A stretch of 64,000 nucleotides of DNA. Source: Haliotis rubra. Lineage: Eukaryota. The notes under the pieces were generated by a model. The model had not been told where the DNA came from and searched no databases. It worked only from the letters and a program-made list of their open reading frames with translations. The stretch spans positions 3,410,001 to 3,474,000 of the forward strand of contig NW_025765669.1 in NCBI RefSeq assembly GCF_003918875.1. The letters run 5' to 3'. Made by a program: the position numbers and the translations under genes. Shown piece by piece: positions 1 to 13,739 of this stretch; within the stretch, counting starts at the first letter, position 1, and every line of letters starts with the position of its first letter.

Positions 1-630
1 CAACACATATATACAAGCTGCGGAATAAATGGGGGACGACATGATTTATGGGTGTATGAATAAAGTACAAAGAAAGAGGTATAGGGATGTAGGAAAGTAA
101 GAAAATAGAGGAGAGAAAGGATGGTATTATCAAGCATTGGTTTGCGTCCATCTATATTAGTATAGGGGCCAGTTTTTCTGCAAATTTGGTCTTGTCTCCA
201 GAAATGAATTTCTCTATGTTGTGATTATATTTTATTAGCGGTAATAATTGGGAAAATATGGGAATAGTCTTATTGTAATGACAATTTTGAAAGTAACACT
301 TGGTTATTATAAAAAGGTGGTTTTCAAGGATACTCAACTTTGAATCGCCAAGAAGGAAATTATTCATATTTAAGTCTAATTTTAAATATGTTCTACTTTC
401 ATACCAAAATTTGAACTCATTTACCATAGTTTGAACTTTTCGACAGGAAAAAATAAATGTTCTAGTGTTTCACTTTCTGATTGGCAAAATGTACAAATAT
501 TATCCTCTATCAGTCCTATTTTGTAAAGAAATGATTTTGATGGTATGATACGATGGATGAGTTTATATTGGAAGTTCCGTGTCTTGCTGTCCTCAACACA
601 ATTTCGTATTGTATTAAAACATGGGAACAG
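1..630 (-). mobile_element. LINE (L1/Tx1-like) ORF2 3' fragment with zinc-finger region, degenerate
   Basis: The minus strand reads ..ICTFCQSESETLEHLFFSCRKVQTMVNEF.. (CxxC..E..EHLFFxC) and continues into ORF 152-427 (NHLFIITKCYF), typical of a non-LTR ORF2 C-terminus. Confidence 0.7.
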
Positions 631-647
631 GTAAGTTTCTGATATAT

Positions 648-820
648 ATCTCCTACGTAGGACATACTATCTCTTACATATGACTTAGTATCTCTATGAC
701 TTAGTATAGGACTTAAAATCTCCTACGTAGGACTTAGTATCTCCTACGTAGGACTTAATATCTCCTACGTAGGACTTAGTATCTGCTACGTAGGACTTAG
801 TATCTCCTACGTAGGACATA
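648..820. repeat. ~21-bp minisatellite (CTCCTACGTAGGACTTAGTAT)n with a palindromic core
   Basis: About 6-7 imperfect copies, 5 of them in perfect 21-bp register at ~720-820. The core TCCTACGTAGGA is its own reverse complement. Confidence 0.85.
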
Positions 821-1919
821 CTCATGACACTAACTCATAGGCGTAGGAACAGTTTAAAAGTTGGGGGGGCAAGATTTCGAAATTGATAACGGGGGGGTGG
901 GGTGTGGGGTGGAGAGAGGAGATATATGAAAAGGACAGACGAGTTCACTTGCTTTGCAATTTCTCCACAAAGAGTGTCCCAGCCCTTGTCTGCAGCTTTA
1001 GAATACTTCACAAGAAGGTCTTTATAATAACTTATTCTCTTTATATTTGGTCTTAAATATCTGAAAAATAAGAAATTGGAGTCACTGTCATTTTTTCTTT
1101 ATGATAATCATATTTTGGGTGCTGACAAATAGAACAATAGGGTACTGAAAAACAATAGTTTTATACTATAAATATATTATAATTACATTCAATAACAAGG
1201 CAGAAGTGAGCACAGCTCACATACCCCCGCTTATAGTCTGATCGCCTTCAATACCATTATTGAATACCAAAATAATATTTTAGGAAAACTTTCAATTTTG
1301 GCATCATGCAATTGAAAGCCAAAACCCAGAATGGCACCATAAGGGTAAGTACCATGCCAAATTTGAAGTTTGTAAGTGGTACAGTTTTTGAGTTATGCTC
1401 AGAGAAACCATTCCGGACGCACGGACGCACGGACACACGGGCGGACGGGCTGAGCGCTATATACCAGCGACTACGTCGTAGCGGGGGTATAATAATGCAG
1501 CCATTCTTATTTCATACATGAATTCGGCTTTCAGATAAAACTAGCTCTCTCACTGCCAATGTATGAGTTTGAAATCGTGTCTTATTGTTATTGTTTAGAT
1601 TTTCAATAAATCAATCAAACAGCACCTATTATACTTAAAATATGGCTATTACTGTAAACTAAATGTTACTGTATAGACTACACTGTAATGTCAATGTATG
1701 TTGTCAACTTACCGCTGATTCGAATCCATGTTGGCTGTTAATAACAGCCTGACTGCCTCTACTTTCACTTTTGAGTGACATGAATTAAAAATGAATCTAA
1801 AAATTTGGATTCTATCATTAGAGGCTTGAATTTGTGTTTAATTCTTTTTGATCATGTTATTTTTCAACGTTACCAGAGGCTTGAATTTGTGTTTAATTCT
1901 CTATTATGGAAACCCTAGG

Positions 1920-2830
1920 AAAAATTTCCAGATTAATGTATATTAAAAATATGGGGGAAAGAGTCCAGGATCAGACGGTTTTCCAGCAGAATTCTACAAG
2001 TTTCCCTGGAAAGATATCGGAATTATTCTCCTCAGATCTATAACACATGCTTTCTATATTGGAACTTTGTCAATTTTTCAAAATCAGGGCAAATAACCTG
2101 CATTCAGGCGTTACCTAAAAAACTGGTGCCCAATAACTTTATCAAATGTAGACTATAGAATAGCTTCTGGAGTAATAGCAAATAGAATCAAGACTGTTCT
2201 ATGAAATATTTTTAGCGAAACGCAATCGGGCTTTCTTAAGGACCGATTCATTGGGGAAAATACTGAAATATTATATGATATCATGAATTACTGTGAAATA
2301 CACAAAAAGCCAGGGCTACTTATAACAGTAGATTTTGAAAAAGCCTTTGACACTATAGAGTGGCAATTTATAGATAAAGCACTTGAAGGATTCAATTTTG
2401 GACCTTCTCTGAGACAATGGATTAAATTGTTTCAATCAAATAGTAGCAGTGCAATAATAAGCACAGGGCACATCTCAAATTATTTTAATCTTGAAAGAGG
2501 CTGTAGACAAGGAGATCCTATCTCCCCCTATCTATTCATCATTTGTGAAGAATTATTATCTATATCTATTAAGAATAGAACTTGGATAAAAGGTATAGAT
2601 GTTTAATGGTGTTGAATATATAACCTTCCAATATGCTGATGATACAAATTTCACCTTAGAAGGATCACAGGAGGGACTCTCGGAACTTATTGGAACATTA
2701 CAAGATTTTGCTAACGCCTCCGGTTTAAAGATTAATTGTGACAAGACCAAGGCTATTTGGATTGGTTCCAAAAAAATTCAAATGAAAAGCTTTGTCCCCA
2801 TTTGCCTTTGCAATGGTCAAAAGTTGAACG
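1920..2830 (+). mobile_element. LINE (L1/Tx1-like) reverse transcriptase fragment, frameshifted
   Basis: Motifs KSPGSDGFPAEFYK, VDFEKAFDTIEW, GCRQGDPISPYLF, QYADDT and SGLKIN spread over broken frames (ORFs 2283-2606, 2599-2850). Confidence 0.9.
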
Positions 2831-4056
2831 TACTTTTGCTTATTCCCTAGTTGTTTTTATTGTTGAGGAAAGTGTGGAGGAATTGAGGACTGGGTACGAC
2901 ATCTGAATGCTAATGATAATGAAACAGCCGAGGTAAGGGATCAATTGTTGCAAATTCAATTCTCTACACAATAACTTCCCGAAACATAAACACATTTATA
3001 CATTTATTCGGTACATTAATTCAGAATAATATTATGGAGCTTGGGCATAAAATTAGCAATTACAATTCATCATGCACATCAACAACGGTCCATCGGTTAT
3101 CTGTGCCATGAGCAACCCATATGTACCATCTGACAAAATACAACACGCACGCACGCGCGCACGCGCGCACGCGCGCACGAACGCACACACAGAGAGGGAG
3201 GTACATAACGGTAATTTTTCAAACATGTCAGCAGTTACTAGAATGACATTTCATAGTTTTAACATCATTCCCAAACTGAACTTACATTATGGCTAACGCA
3301 CGAGGAGACAAAATAACTTTTGTTTTTTAGTTATTAAAGAAAAACAAAAAAGGTAGGAAATCAAAAGGTACTCTAAAACCATCCACCCACACCACACCAC
3401 CACTCTAGGCATCCGGCATACCACTTAATATGTGTCATCACCCAGAGCTCTTGAGTCCTATTAGTAGCCTCAGCTGGTGCAACTCAACTAGGCATGCAGG
3501 GATTTTACATATGACCCTGTATAGGCGTAAGCTTTGGGCTGAATGTTTAACTGATTTTCACACTTTGTCAGATATAAAAGAATAAACCTAAATTTCAATA
3601 TTTTCATATTAGCATATAGATTAAGATTGCATAGCATCTAGCGTACTATCCAGCCCATTTCTGTTTACAGGCCGACCTATCTAACATAGGTACAACTAAC
3701 TGCGGTGCAAAATAGCATTCGCCTTTCAGACACAACAGAATACAATTCTGTTGAATAGTCGATTACCCATGCAATTTGTGAAATCCAATTTTATTTTTCT
3801 TCCGTCGCGATATTTCAAAGTTTACGCTGAACACCGGGTGTCCTTTAACTCACATTCAACACTGTTGGTATATGTACAAAATAGAATTTTTATTCGTATG
3901 TAAAGTAATAAAATACAACATTTTATAAACTATGTACACTATATACACGAATGGATGATCACTTTTTTAAAAAGTAATATATACAGTATATATTATCTCG
4001 AAAGCACCCAGATAATGACGCCATGTTGTATTTTGGTCTGTGAATCATGGCGAACT

Positions 4057-7000
4057 TTACACCCATTTAAGGAAGTAGACTTCGTGACATCTGGTTCTCT
4101 GTCGGCCGTCAAAGACAGATTGGAACCTGCAGGCGGGGTACACAACGTTGTTGTGAGTCCAGAATATCCTGAAGCCCTCGTCGTACAGACCCCGGAGGAC
4201 GTTCAGCCGGGAGATGTACCTGGACCTCTGCTCTTTGCCAAATACGTGGAACTCCAACGATAGCTGTTTCACACCTTTAAGTGAACCTGTACTGAAAGCG
4301 TATCTCAAAGCTCCCCATTCGGAGTCTTCGATGTCGATCTTTACGTAGTCAATATCTTTCTGGAAATGAAGAAATAGAAGGAGTGAGTGATTGAATATGG
4401 TTTAACGCCGCTTTTCGCAATATTCCTTGGTTATCATGGCGGGGGACACCAGAAATGGCTTCAAATAAAGATATGAAGAAACTACTAAATCATCCACGAG
4501 GGAGACATTAGGGTCCGTTTTAACAAACCCAATCAAACTGTCATCTGACTGACTGACTGACTGAGTTTGGTTTTACGCCGCTTTTAGCAATATTCCAGCA
4601 ACATCGCTGCGGGGGACACCAGAAATGGGCTTCACACATTGTACCCATGTGGGATTCGAACCCGGGTATTCGGCGTGACGAGCCAACGCTTTAACCACTA
4701 GGCTACCCCACCGCCCCTGTCATCCGAGCCCCACAGCTTAGCGTTACATGACAGGTACTGAGCATACCGTTGAGTACATGTGTTTATCAATGTGTATATT
4801 CCTACCTCAGCGTGTCCGTTGTCTTGCCTTATTGCCGTCAGTGTCTTCATTGGCCAGTTCCTCTTGCCGTTACCGTTGATGTCCGCAAGTCCAAGGTTGT
4901 GAAAGTTGACCAGCTTCCCCCTCAGGTGATCTTCCTTGTTCATGCTGTAGTATGGAACGTGGTTATAATCACACAGTGATTGATAAACATTGGTAATAAA
5001 CATATCTTCGATCTGGTCAGCGCCACAACGTGATTAAATACAAAGATGGCCCAAATCAACAGAGTGAGTGACCATCATCCAACAAGTGAATACTTTGTTA
5101 TTGATTTTATAATATAGACATTTTGCTATGAGAATAATGGTGCTGTGGTGGGGTAGCCCAGTGGTTAAAGTATTCGCTTGTCACGCCGGAATCCCGGTTC
5201 GATACTGGGTACAATGTCCGAGGCCAAATTCCGGCGCCTCCAATAATCTACAGACCACTCACAAGTATTATTCATAGCACATGGTGTGAGTAGTTGTCAT
5301 GTATGTCATCTGTGAGTTTCAGTGGCTGCTGTCGACTCTTACCTGGGATCAAAGGCATGCACTTCACAGCCGTAGGTGTCAGCAACGTCATCGTCAAAGC
5401 TGAAGTCGTTGTCAATGCTGTAATTGAAACATGAAGGTGTTGCAGTTTGGTAAACATGACATTGGATATATGTTTTATTTGTTACTCGTGAAAGTATGTA
5501 CACCTATATTATACATGATGGTATTATTATCGTTAATGTCAGCTATACATATACATATGGCTAACCACCCGTGAAGATCCGGGTTCGTCTTCAGCAACCC
5601 GTGCTTGTCGTGAGAGGCGACTAACGGGATCGGGTTGTCAGATTCGCTGACTTCGTTGACACATGTCATGGTATCCCAGTTGCATAGATTCATGCTCATG
5701 CTGTTGATCATTGGATTGTCTGGTCCAGACTCGAATATTTACAGACCCCTGCAATATAGCTGGAATATTGCTGAGTGTGGAGTCAACCAACAGCAAAAAT
5801 CAAACATATAGGTTACCCGAATGAGTAGACGATGCAGTTGTCTTTCTCCAGCTTGTAACGTCCCTGTACACAGATGTCCCAGCCACCGCCGTGAATGTTG
5901 CCCATCCTTATCTTGTCGCGGCACAACACTTGGATGTTGGTCATGTAACTGAAATACAGCATAACAAGTTAGTGTTGGTGAGATATGCGAAATCAGCTTA
6001 AGTTAAGTTAAGTGGATGGGTAAGTGTTCTTTGAATAACTTCATAAAATGACAATGGCGTCAAAATATTTACTGTCTGAGAGAATTTATATGAGAAATAC
6101 TGTGTATATTATCCGTACAATGCATTAGTTATATAGATGACAATAATTTCATACGCAGTGATGATGATGATGATGATGATGATGATGTCAAAACAAACAT
6201 GTGTAATAACTGAGTACAATCATACAGTTGAAACTACACTGAGTACAATCATACAGTTGAAACTACATTTTACACCTCGTATTCATACCAGAATATTTGA
6301 TCATTTATAGTATTGGACGCCTCGTTATAACAAAATGACCTACTCGTTATAAAGAGTTGACAGCTGTTTGTTGGTCATGCTCTGGAGCGTCTCCTCCATG
6401 GGGATTGGATGGGCTGCCTCACCCTCTCCTTTCAATGGCGCTGACTTTTGTTCGGACCGCTTCTCTTTTGTCTCCCCTGCAAATGATACACCGTGTTATA
6501 GGCCGGGAAAATATGGGTGTCCTACAGTTGGTAAACATCACTCAATTTGTTTAACTGAATTGCGAAAGAAAACAACAGTTGCAAAATCGTTCAACGTGTC
6601 ATGCAAAGCTTCCAGAACTTTTTATGATAGAAATGTGGAGGATATTTCCAACCATGGCACATGAAGTGACAAAATTGATAAAAGCTGCAATTTCCCAATT
6701 TCCCCTTGTACCTTATGGGTTTTTTTCAGGTTAACAATTGACTTGCCTGTGCATGTGTTTCTGACAATTCGTGCCCACGATAAATTGCTCTTTAGTCATC
6801 AAATCTACACACACTAACATAACATCGCCTTATCGTTGGAAATGTTTTATGCAGCAAAGAGTAATATCCGTTATTTTTCATGTCACATACTGGACCAGAC
6901 AAACAAGTGACTGTACGGAAGAGTAACTGTCTATGGTGCATGACCAAAACTACCCGATCGACCCCCATACATTAGTCTATTCTCGCGTTAACAAGGGACA

Positions 7001-7402
7001 CAATGCACCAATTTCCACGGAGATACGAAACATCTGTGCTCGTTCATTCACAAAAAGTCAAGCGCGGACACATCCTACGGTACCAACTTCATACACAGAG
7101 ATAAACAGTTAAAGGAGAAGAGCAGGGCCTAGATTTTCGAAGCTCTCGTAAGTAAGATAGTCGTAAGTTAATGTTTAGTATGGGACTTACGACTATCTTA
7201 GCGCTAAGAGAGCTTCGAAAATCTAGGCCCAGGACTTTAGGAGATGTCGTATCTCACATACCTGAGTGTTCGACTTCAGTCCGACCCTTTCTTGCAGATC
7301 CAGGAACATCGGTTGTCTTGGTCGCGTCCTTGAAGCAATGTACAGCAGTAGAGCAGACACCACGAATGCCGTCAAAACGGGCACATACCTGGCAAACTTC
7401 AT
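4057..7402 (-). CDS. METTL24-like / Methyltransf_22 (FkbM-type) SAM-dependent methyltransferase with N-terminal signal anchor, multi-exon
   Basis: Coding exons 7262-7402 (MKFARYVPVLTAFVVSALLLYIAS..), 6344-6476, 5817-5948 (RMGNIHGGGWDIC..CIVYSFG), 5343-5417 (IDNDFSFDD..GCEVHAFDPS), 4806-4944 (FHNLGLA..MKTLTAI) and 4057-4359 (IDYVKIDIEDSEW..VKQLSLEFH..CHEVYFL*). All junctions are GT-AG and phases match for the last five exons. The first junction is phase 0 vs 1, so a micro-exon is probably missing. A non-coding exon likely has its donor at 7969. Confidence 0.85.
4546..4716 (-). mobile_element. tRNA-derived SINE family A (~170 bp)
   Basis: Head GGGCGGTGGGGTAGCCTAGTGGTTAAAGCG..GTCACG..GGTTCGAATCCC (A/B boxes, tRNA-Asp-like). 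Tail GGAATATTGCTAAAAGCGGCGTAAAAC plus (CAGT/CACT)n. More than 25 full or partial copies in the window. Confidence 0.9.
5567..5795 (+). mobile_element. Non-autonomous retroposon family B (~230 bp, no tRNA head, 3' tail shared with family A)
   Basis: ACCCGTGAAGATCCGGG..CAACCCATGCTTGTCGTAAGAGGCGACTAACGGGATCGGGTGGTCAGGCTCGCTGAC..GCTGGAATATTGCTGAGTGCGGCGT. More than 15 copies in the window. Confidence 0.85.
7124..7231. mobile_element. Short palindromic MITE (GGGCC..GGCCC termini)
   Basis: GGGCCTAGATTTTCGAAGCTCTC..GAGAGCTTCGAAAATCTAGGCCC with inner arms TAAGATAGTCGTAAGT/ACTTACGACTATCTTA. Hairpins of similar design at ~19273-19383, ~26550-26642 and ~55628-55733. Confidence 0.75.
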
Positions 7403-7602
7403 TCTGAGACAGGTACAACGCTCAGGTGAGGTACGGGTGATCAATATCCTCAGTTAGCCGTCTGTAAGAAAGGAAGCACGTATTTCAATTTGAAACGAAA
7501 CGGTGGCTGGAGATCCATTCTAGCCCGGATCTTAACAGGCGGAATGTCCAAGGTCACTGGACACAAATCATTATTGTCAGGGACTACTGATCCCAGGGAA
7601 GA

Positions 7603-7775
7603 CTGACTGACTGACTGACTGAGTTTAGTGTTACGCCGCTTTTAGCAATATTCCAGCAATATCACGGCGGGGGACACCAGAAATGGGCTTAACACATTGT
7701 ACCCAAGTGGGGAATCGAACCCGGGTCTTCGGCGTGACGAGCCAGCGCTTTAACCACTAGGCTACCCCACCGCCC
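7603..7775 (-). mobile_element. SINE family A, full length with TSD
   Basis: 12-bp TSD TCCCAGGGAAGA at 7591-7602 and 7776-7787. Confidence 0.92.
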
Positions 7776-8078
7776 TCCCAGGGAAGAATGTCCGGCGGAT
7801 ATTGAGTTCGTAGGGCTGAAAGATCTACGTCAGCGGCCTTCATTCAACGTTATCAACTCCTGACTGCCCAATACGCCTCAATACGCATGCATATGACTCA
7901 TTGTAATCCAAAGCTGGACACCAAAACCGATAAAAAGCACACAACCCTGCAACAGATTCATGTCTTACCTTATTTCGTTATTTGTGACTTCAACAGCACT
8001 CACGTCACTGTATTCCGCTGGTCAAGTCTATGAACTGACCACTCTCACCTTGAATGACCTTCAACTGTTCTTGGCATC

Positions 8079-8117
8079 TTTATAGTTACACCAAGTAGTA
8101 TAACACAGTCACGTGAC
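8079..8117 (-). promoter_or_regulatory. Putative core promoter of the methyltransferase gene (TATAAA plus palindromic GTCACGTGAC E-box)
   Basis: TATAAA on - at 8079-8084 and GTCACGTGAC at 8108-8117, upstream of a strong AG|GTAAGA donor at 7969. Confidence 0.45.
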
Positions 8118-8527
8118 ATGCAGCTACAAGCCTGTAGGCAACTGCTATGCAATACCCATCATCACCCATGCACCCGGAGCATCATTATAGAGCAATTACC
8201 CCATCCACTGATTAAGGAGCCGGTTGCTTTGTAATGCAATAAAGCTCTTATCACCTGATATAACCCGTCAGTTGCACTTATCAGTTCTAACAGTCTTGGG
8301 TCTTTGAAACGAATTTTAGTGATACAAACCACATTGGACAAAGGTTATGACACTCTCTATATGCTTTTTCACCTGGAGATTGTATATTTGAAAAGTTTTC
8401 CGCCTTCATATTTTTGCGAACGGGTAACAATGTGGCTAACTGTATCTGAAAAGTTGCAAAGTCAAAACATTTGAGAATTACTTTTGCATGTTTCATTTTA
8501 CTTTACTGAATCGTTTCATTACACTAT

Positions 8528-8697
8528 GCGGGGCGGTGGGGTAGCCTAGTGGTTAAAGCGTTCGCTAGTAACACCGAAGATCTTGGTTCGATTCCCGACA
8601 TGGGTACAATGTGTGAAGCCCATTTCTGGTGTCTCCCGTCGTGATATTGCTGGAATATTGCTAAGAGCAGCGTAAAACTAAACTCACTCACTCCCTC
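8528..8697 (+). mobile_element. SINE family A
   Basis: Full-length match to the family A consensus. Confidence 0.9.
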
Positions 8698-8897
8698 CCG
8701 CCGATTGCTAAAAACGGCATAAAGCCAAGCTCGCCCACTCACTCATTACACTATATGGTTGTACAAAAAGTTACTTGTACATCTGGATTTAAGGTTGTAT
8801 TATATTATGTTAATCATGTTTCAAAATTTCATTCATTATGTTTACACTAATTACGGCGAAATCTTATAAGAATTAACGGAATGTGAATCAGTGTTAA

Positions 8898-9070
8898 GGG
8901 GGCGGTGGGGTAGCCTAGTGGTTAAAGCGTTGGCTCGTCACGCCGAAGACCCGGGTCGAATCCCCACATGGGTACAATGTGTGAAGCCCATTTCTGGTGT
9001 CCCCCGCCGTGATGTTGCTGGAATATTGCTAAAAGCGGCGTAAAACCAAACTCAGTCAGTGTCAGTCAGT
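8898..9070 (+). mobile_element. SINE family A
   Basis: Full-length match to the family A consensus. Confidence 0.9.
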
Positions 9071-9434
9071 GGATTAGTGTTACATACTTCAACTTTTAAT
9101 TGATCAGGCTTGTGTGGGAGGTTACTCAAATTATCGATCACTCAGATAAAATGTTTTGGCCATTTGTGGATGTGTCTTGCATTTACGTTACCTCTTGGCC
9201 TATTGCCTTATGATTGAGTGTGTAAGTTGTGTTTAACGTGACTAGGGAATGCCTAGATGATGCTATAGCTAGTGTCCGACGTTTACATACATGTACATAA
9301 TATGCTCTCTGCCTCATACCATTCATTCACCTGATTAACGTTGTGTTCCTTATAATAGAGTTGTTGACATCCATAAAAAACCCTCTTCCTTATGTTTACC
9401 ATTTAGGTGAACCCCACCAGCACTTCGCCCTTAT

Positions 9435-9678
9435 GAGTGAGTGAGTTTAGTTTTACGCCGCACTCAGCAATATTCCAGCTATATGGCGGCGGTCTGTAAA
9501 TAATCGAGTCTGGACCAAACAATCCAGTGATCAACAGCATGAGCATCGATCTGCGCAATTGGGAGCCGATGACATGTGTCAACCAAGTCAGCGAGCCTGA
9601 CCAACCGATCCCGTTAGTCGCCTCTTACGAGAAGCATGGGTTGCTGAAGGTTCATTCTAACCCGGACCTTCACGGGTT
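9435..9678 (-). mobile_element. Retroposon family B
   Basis: Full-length copy. A more decayed + strand copy follows at ~9765-9965. Confidence 0.88.
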
Positions 9679-11500
9679 CGCCGCTATGAGACAGGTACCA
9701 TATGCAGTATTATGTATACTTAAGGGTTACATAAATTATATTTTGTGAGTGACGTAATCGTAAAGATACGGGTTTGGAACTGATCTTCAGCAGTCACTGT
9801 TTGTTGTATAAGCCGACTCAACGGCATGTCATCGTATCCCAAATGCGTAGATCGATGCTCATAATGTTAATCACTGGATTGTCTGATACAGACTCGATGA
9901 TTTACAGATCGCTCTCATATTGCCGGACAATGCAGCGATAAACAACAAGCAAACAAACAAACAACGAACAGTTGTAAGATGTAGCAAAACCTCGTTATTC
10001 CGGACCCGTTTATACCGAAAAAGTCCACTTTATGGCCATGATGGTGTAATGCAGCTGGGACGCCAATAACCAGATCCACCCCAGGAGAAAATGTTCATTT
10101 ACCGCTGAAATTTCGTTTGACCTTTTCTGTGAGAATTATACCACATTTTGAGTGAACGTTAGGTGCCAATTGTAGGGCAGGATATGGTCTTATATTTGCA
10201 AACACGTTGGTTGATAACCTATTCTCCGTGATTCAGTCATACAATTTTCGCCACTTTTTTGTTGTTTGCGCTTAAGGGAATCTCTTTTGGTGTCTCCTCG
10301 AGATTGGTAATTCTCAGTCGTTTGAGGCAGAGAAATTTCCTTTGGAGAGTTCCGTCCCTTGCTAGTATCAGGAAGCAGTGATCGAATTACAGTTCGCCAA
10401 GTCTTTAACACCATACCCATGCTTGTGGGTTTAGCCAAAATGATACAGCTCGTGATAAACCAAACTTACTCACCAAGTCACTCACTCACTTAAAATATGG
10501 TGGGTAAGCTGAAACAATAACGCATTAAGAGGAATTTACTCATTTGAGAGAAATTTAGTTCTTTCCCATCTGCGTTAATATTGTTATACCTTGATTTTTA
10601 TCATTTTATAGTTTCGGTCGGAGAATACTTCTCTGAACATTTCTATTTGATTTCAAAAACGTAAACAACAAACAAATACAACAAAACATCTATTGTATTC
10701 AAGAGTGCTGTATATAACCTGCAGACAAGACTCTTTAATCGTTTTCAATACACATGGTAATCATGATTTGCACGAGAGCACGTGATAATCGAGATTTCCG
10801 AGAACAATCGTCATACCATAGCTTGTGTTTCTGTGCGCCTAACAAACATCGTGTTTAAAATCTAAAGATATTTGAATCGCCGATGTCTCAGCAAAATGGA
10901 ACTGACAGCCGATGGTCAAAATCAGATGATGTCCCCAGATCGCGGACACGAGTACCCATATGACGGGTGGCCCCGGGCAATTGTAATAGATGGTGTGTAT
11001 AGATAAATGTTATTTCATAGGCTTAAGTCTAACACGGCAATGAGGTAATGGAGGGCCCCTCAACTTAATGTTATCAATCGTCCCTTTAGGCTAATCCAGT
11101 ATAGATAAATCTGAATTACATTCATAAACGGCGATGATGATTGAGGTATGTCATATGGTTCAGTCGGATAAGAAGTCGTTGATCGTAGTATAGAGTTGCG
11201 TCCCTTGGACATGCAAGATTCTATGAACGTGGGTTCAAATCCCGAAATCCCGACTCGCCAACATGTCTCTTAGACTTCGGGGTCGCCTACCAAAGCTGAC
11301 AAACCTAAATACAAATAGAATAATTTCTTTCTTTCTTTCTGTATTATTTATTTATTTTATAACCAGTCCAGCCCCAGACTCTATTTCGCACAATTTTACG
11401 ACTGCTTCGTATACAAATAAGTAAAAAGGCCTACATAAGCTTACCGAAAACCCGTGTCTGAATTCAACCAAATGCTTCTGAAAGGCTCTCCTATGCAAGG

Positions 11501-11660
11501 AACCCGTGAAGATCCGGGTTAGAATTGATCTTCAGTAACCCATACTTGTCGTAAGAGGCGACTAACAGGATCGGGTGGTCAGGCTCGCTGACTTGATTGA
11601 CACATGTCATCGTATCCCAGTTGCGCAGATCGATGCTCATGCTGTTGATCACTGGATTGT
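11501..11660 (+). mobile_element. Retroposon family B, 3'-truncated
   Basis: 5' two-thirds match, followed by (CA)n. Confidence 0.85.
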
Positions 11661-12321
11661 GACACACACACACACACACACTAATTAAGATAGTCATAAG
11701 GTGTGTATATATTGATCCTAAAATTGATCACATGTCGAACTCATTTTTCGCATACGATGATGTTGGACTGGACTATGCTACTCGCCCATGTTTAGTTTGA
11801 ACGACACTGGCAGTCATACACATAGTGCTATTCGACATTATCTCGGAACTTTCACTTTTCGGATTAATGCTAACATTGAATCACATTTCGATACATTGAT
11901 AATGTTACATTCGATATCGATAACCTAATCAAAATCCGAGTAGTATTTATCATAACAAATCGGTGATAACCTTAATGATGATTCAAAGTGTAATTCTACT
12001 TTAGACGGAGCCCAGTTCCAGTGATAGCTACAGGGAAGGATGACAACGTGTAAACCGCATCTCCCGAACGCACCACTTCGTTGTGACTGGTCAGCAAAAC
12101 AAGGTAACACTGAGCGTTTCATATTATAAACATGTTTTATTTGATTTGGTAGCATGTTTTATTGGTGTCATAGACAAATATTCTATCCAGATAGCATTTT
12201 CTTCGAAGTGGATCATTTCATATGCTCTAAAATGTTGGATTTCTTAGCCCCGATTCGTATTATTAGCGGCCGTCGTGATATATACTAAATGTTGGTAAGA
12301 TCAAAACCTTTACTCAGCATG

Positions 12322-12481
12322 AGGGCGGTGGGGTAGCCCAGTGGTTAAAGCGTTCGCTCGTCACGCCGAAGACCCGGGTTCGGTTCTCTGCATGGGTACG
12401 ATGTGTGAAGCCCATTTTTGTGTCACCCGTCGTGGTATTGCCGAAATATAAAAAGCGGCATAAAACGTTACTCACTCACTC
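12322..12481 (+). mobile_element. SINE family A
   Basis: Diverged full-length copy. Confidence 0.85.
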
Positions 12482-13038
12482 TCTAACTCAGTGTGAGCAG
12501 ATACTCATCTGACTTGTCATATCGAGGAATCATTAGTGCCTATTTCGGTAATATTCCTGCTATACCACCTCGACCTGTAATAAATCGAGAGTGGACCTGA
12601 CAAACTAGTGATTTATATGAGGAACGATCCACGACCGACATAGGTTCCTCGAGATTTGATATTTGTTTTATATTATTTCCTAGATCAAAATGACGCCCTA
12701 TCATGATGTTGTATGGTTGGTGTTAATCCTTTCCCATCTGGCAAGGTCAAGGCCACTCCTTTCAGTCCCTTCTTTCAATCCATGGATCGTCGCAATGTCA
12801 AGGTCACCAGAAGTCTTAGGTAACAGTTTTACATCTCAGTGTAAAGGTCTATACGAATAATTTAACCAGAAAGTAACCTTTGTCCCATTTTCGTCAGAAT
12901 AACCGTCGTGGTAAAGCGGATGGAACGTGGAAGGTCTGTAATCCGATCCCCTGACGTAAAATGGTATTTGTTTTTACCCTTCCTGGTGCTCTGACAGTGA
13001 TGGCTTCGGAATCAGTATACTGTGTCTGAGTCGGGTAC

Positions 13039-13218
13039 GGGGCGGTGGGGTAGCATAGTGGTTAATGCGCTTGCTCGTCACGCTGAAGACCCGGGTTCGA
13101 TTCCCCACATGGGTGAAGCCTATTTCCGTGTCCACGCGTGATGTATTGCTAGAATATTGCTAAAAGTGGCGGAAAACTAAACTAACTCGCTCGCTCACTC
13201 ACTCACTCACCACTCACT
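13039..13218 (+). mobile_element. SINE family A
   Basis: Diverged copy with (CACT)n tail. Confidence 0.85.
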
Positions 13219-13327
13219 GAATAGGGTACGCATGATTAACTGAGGTATCTAAGTGGGCAAACACCAAAACCAGCCACTTCCGAGGATCGATGCTACCGAT
13301 GTCAATCACTGGATTGAGTGCGGCGTA

Positions 13328-13463
13328 AAGTGAGTGAGTTTAGTTTTACGCCGCACTCAGCAATATTCCAGCTATATAGCGGCGGTCTGTAAATAATCGA
13401 GTCTGGACCAGACAATCCAGTGATCAACAGCATGAGCATCGATCTGCGCCATTGGGAACCGAT
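13328..13463 (-). mobile_element. Retroposon family B, 5'-truncated
   Basis: 3' half matches. Confidence 0.85.
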
Positions 13464-13739
13464 GTGCGGCGCAAAGGAGCCAGCTGCAGCCCAGCAAACA
13501 TAACAAGCTGTACACACGTATTCACGTATTCGCTATAAACGTGCATGACAATAACCCTATTACCCCTGATCTCATTTTACTTTGTATGGATAGTGTTGAC
13601 TGAGAATTCCACAGAATATTTCAATCGAATAATACTCATATTTTCAAATTGTCGTGATCTATGTCATCTTGGAGATAAAGGCTTTATAGATTATCATCTG
13701 TATCAGTTTATTGCATGAAGGCCAGAGGCCCATATACAG

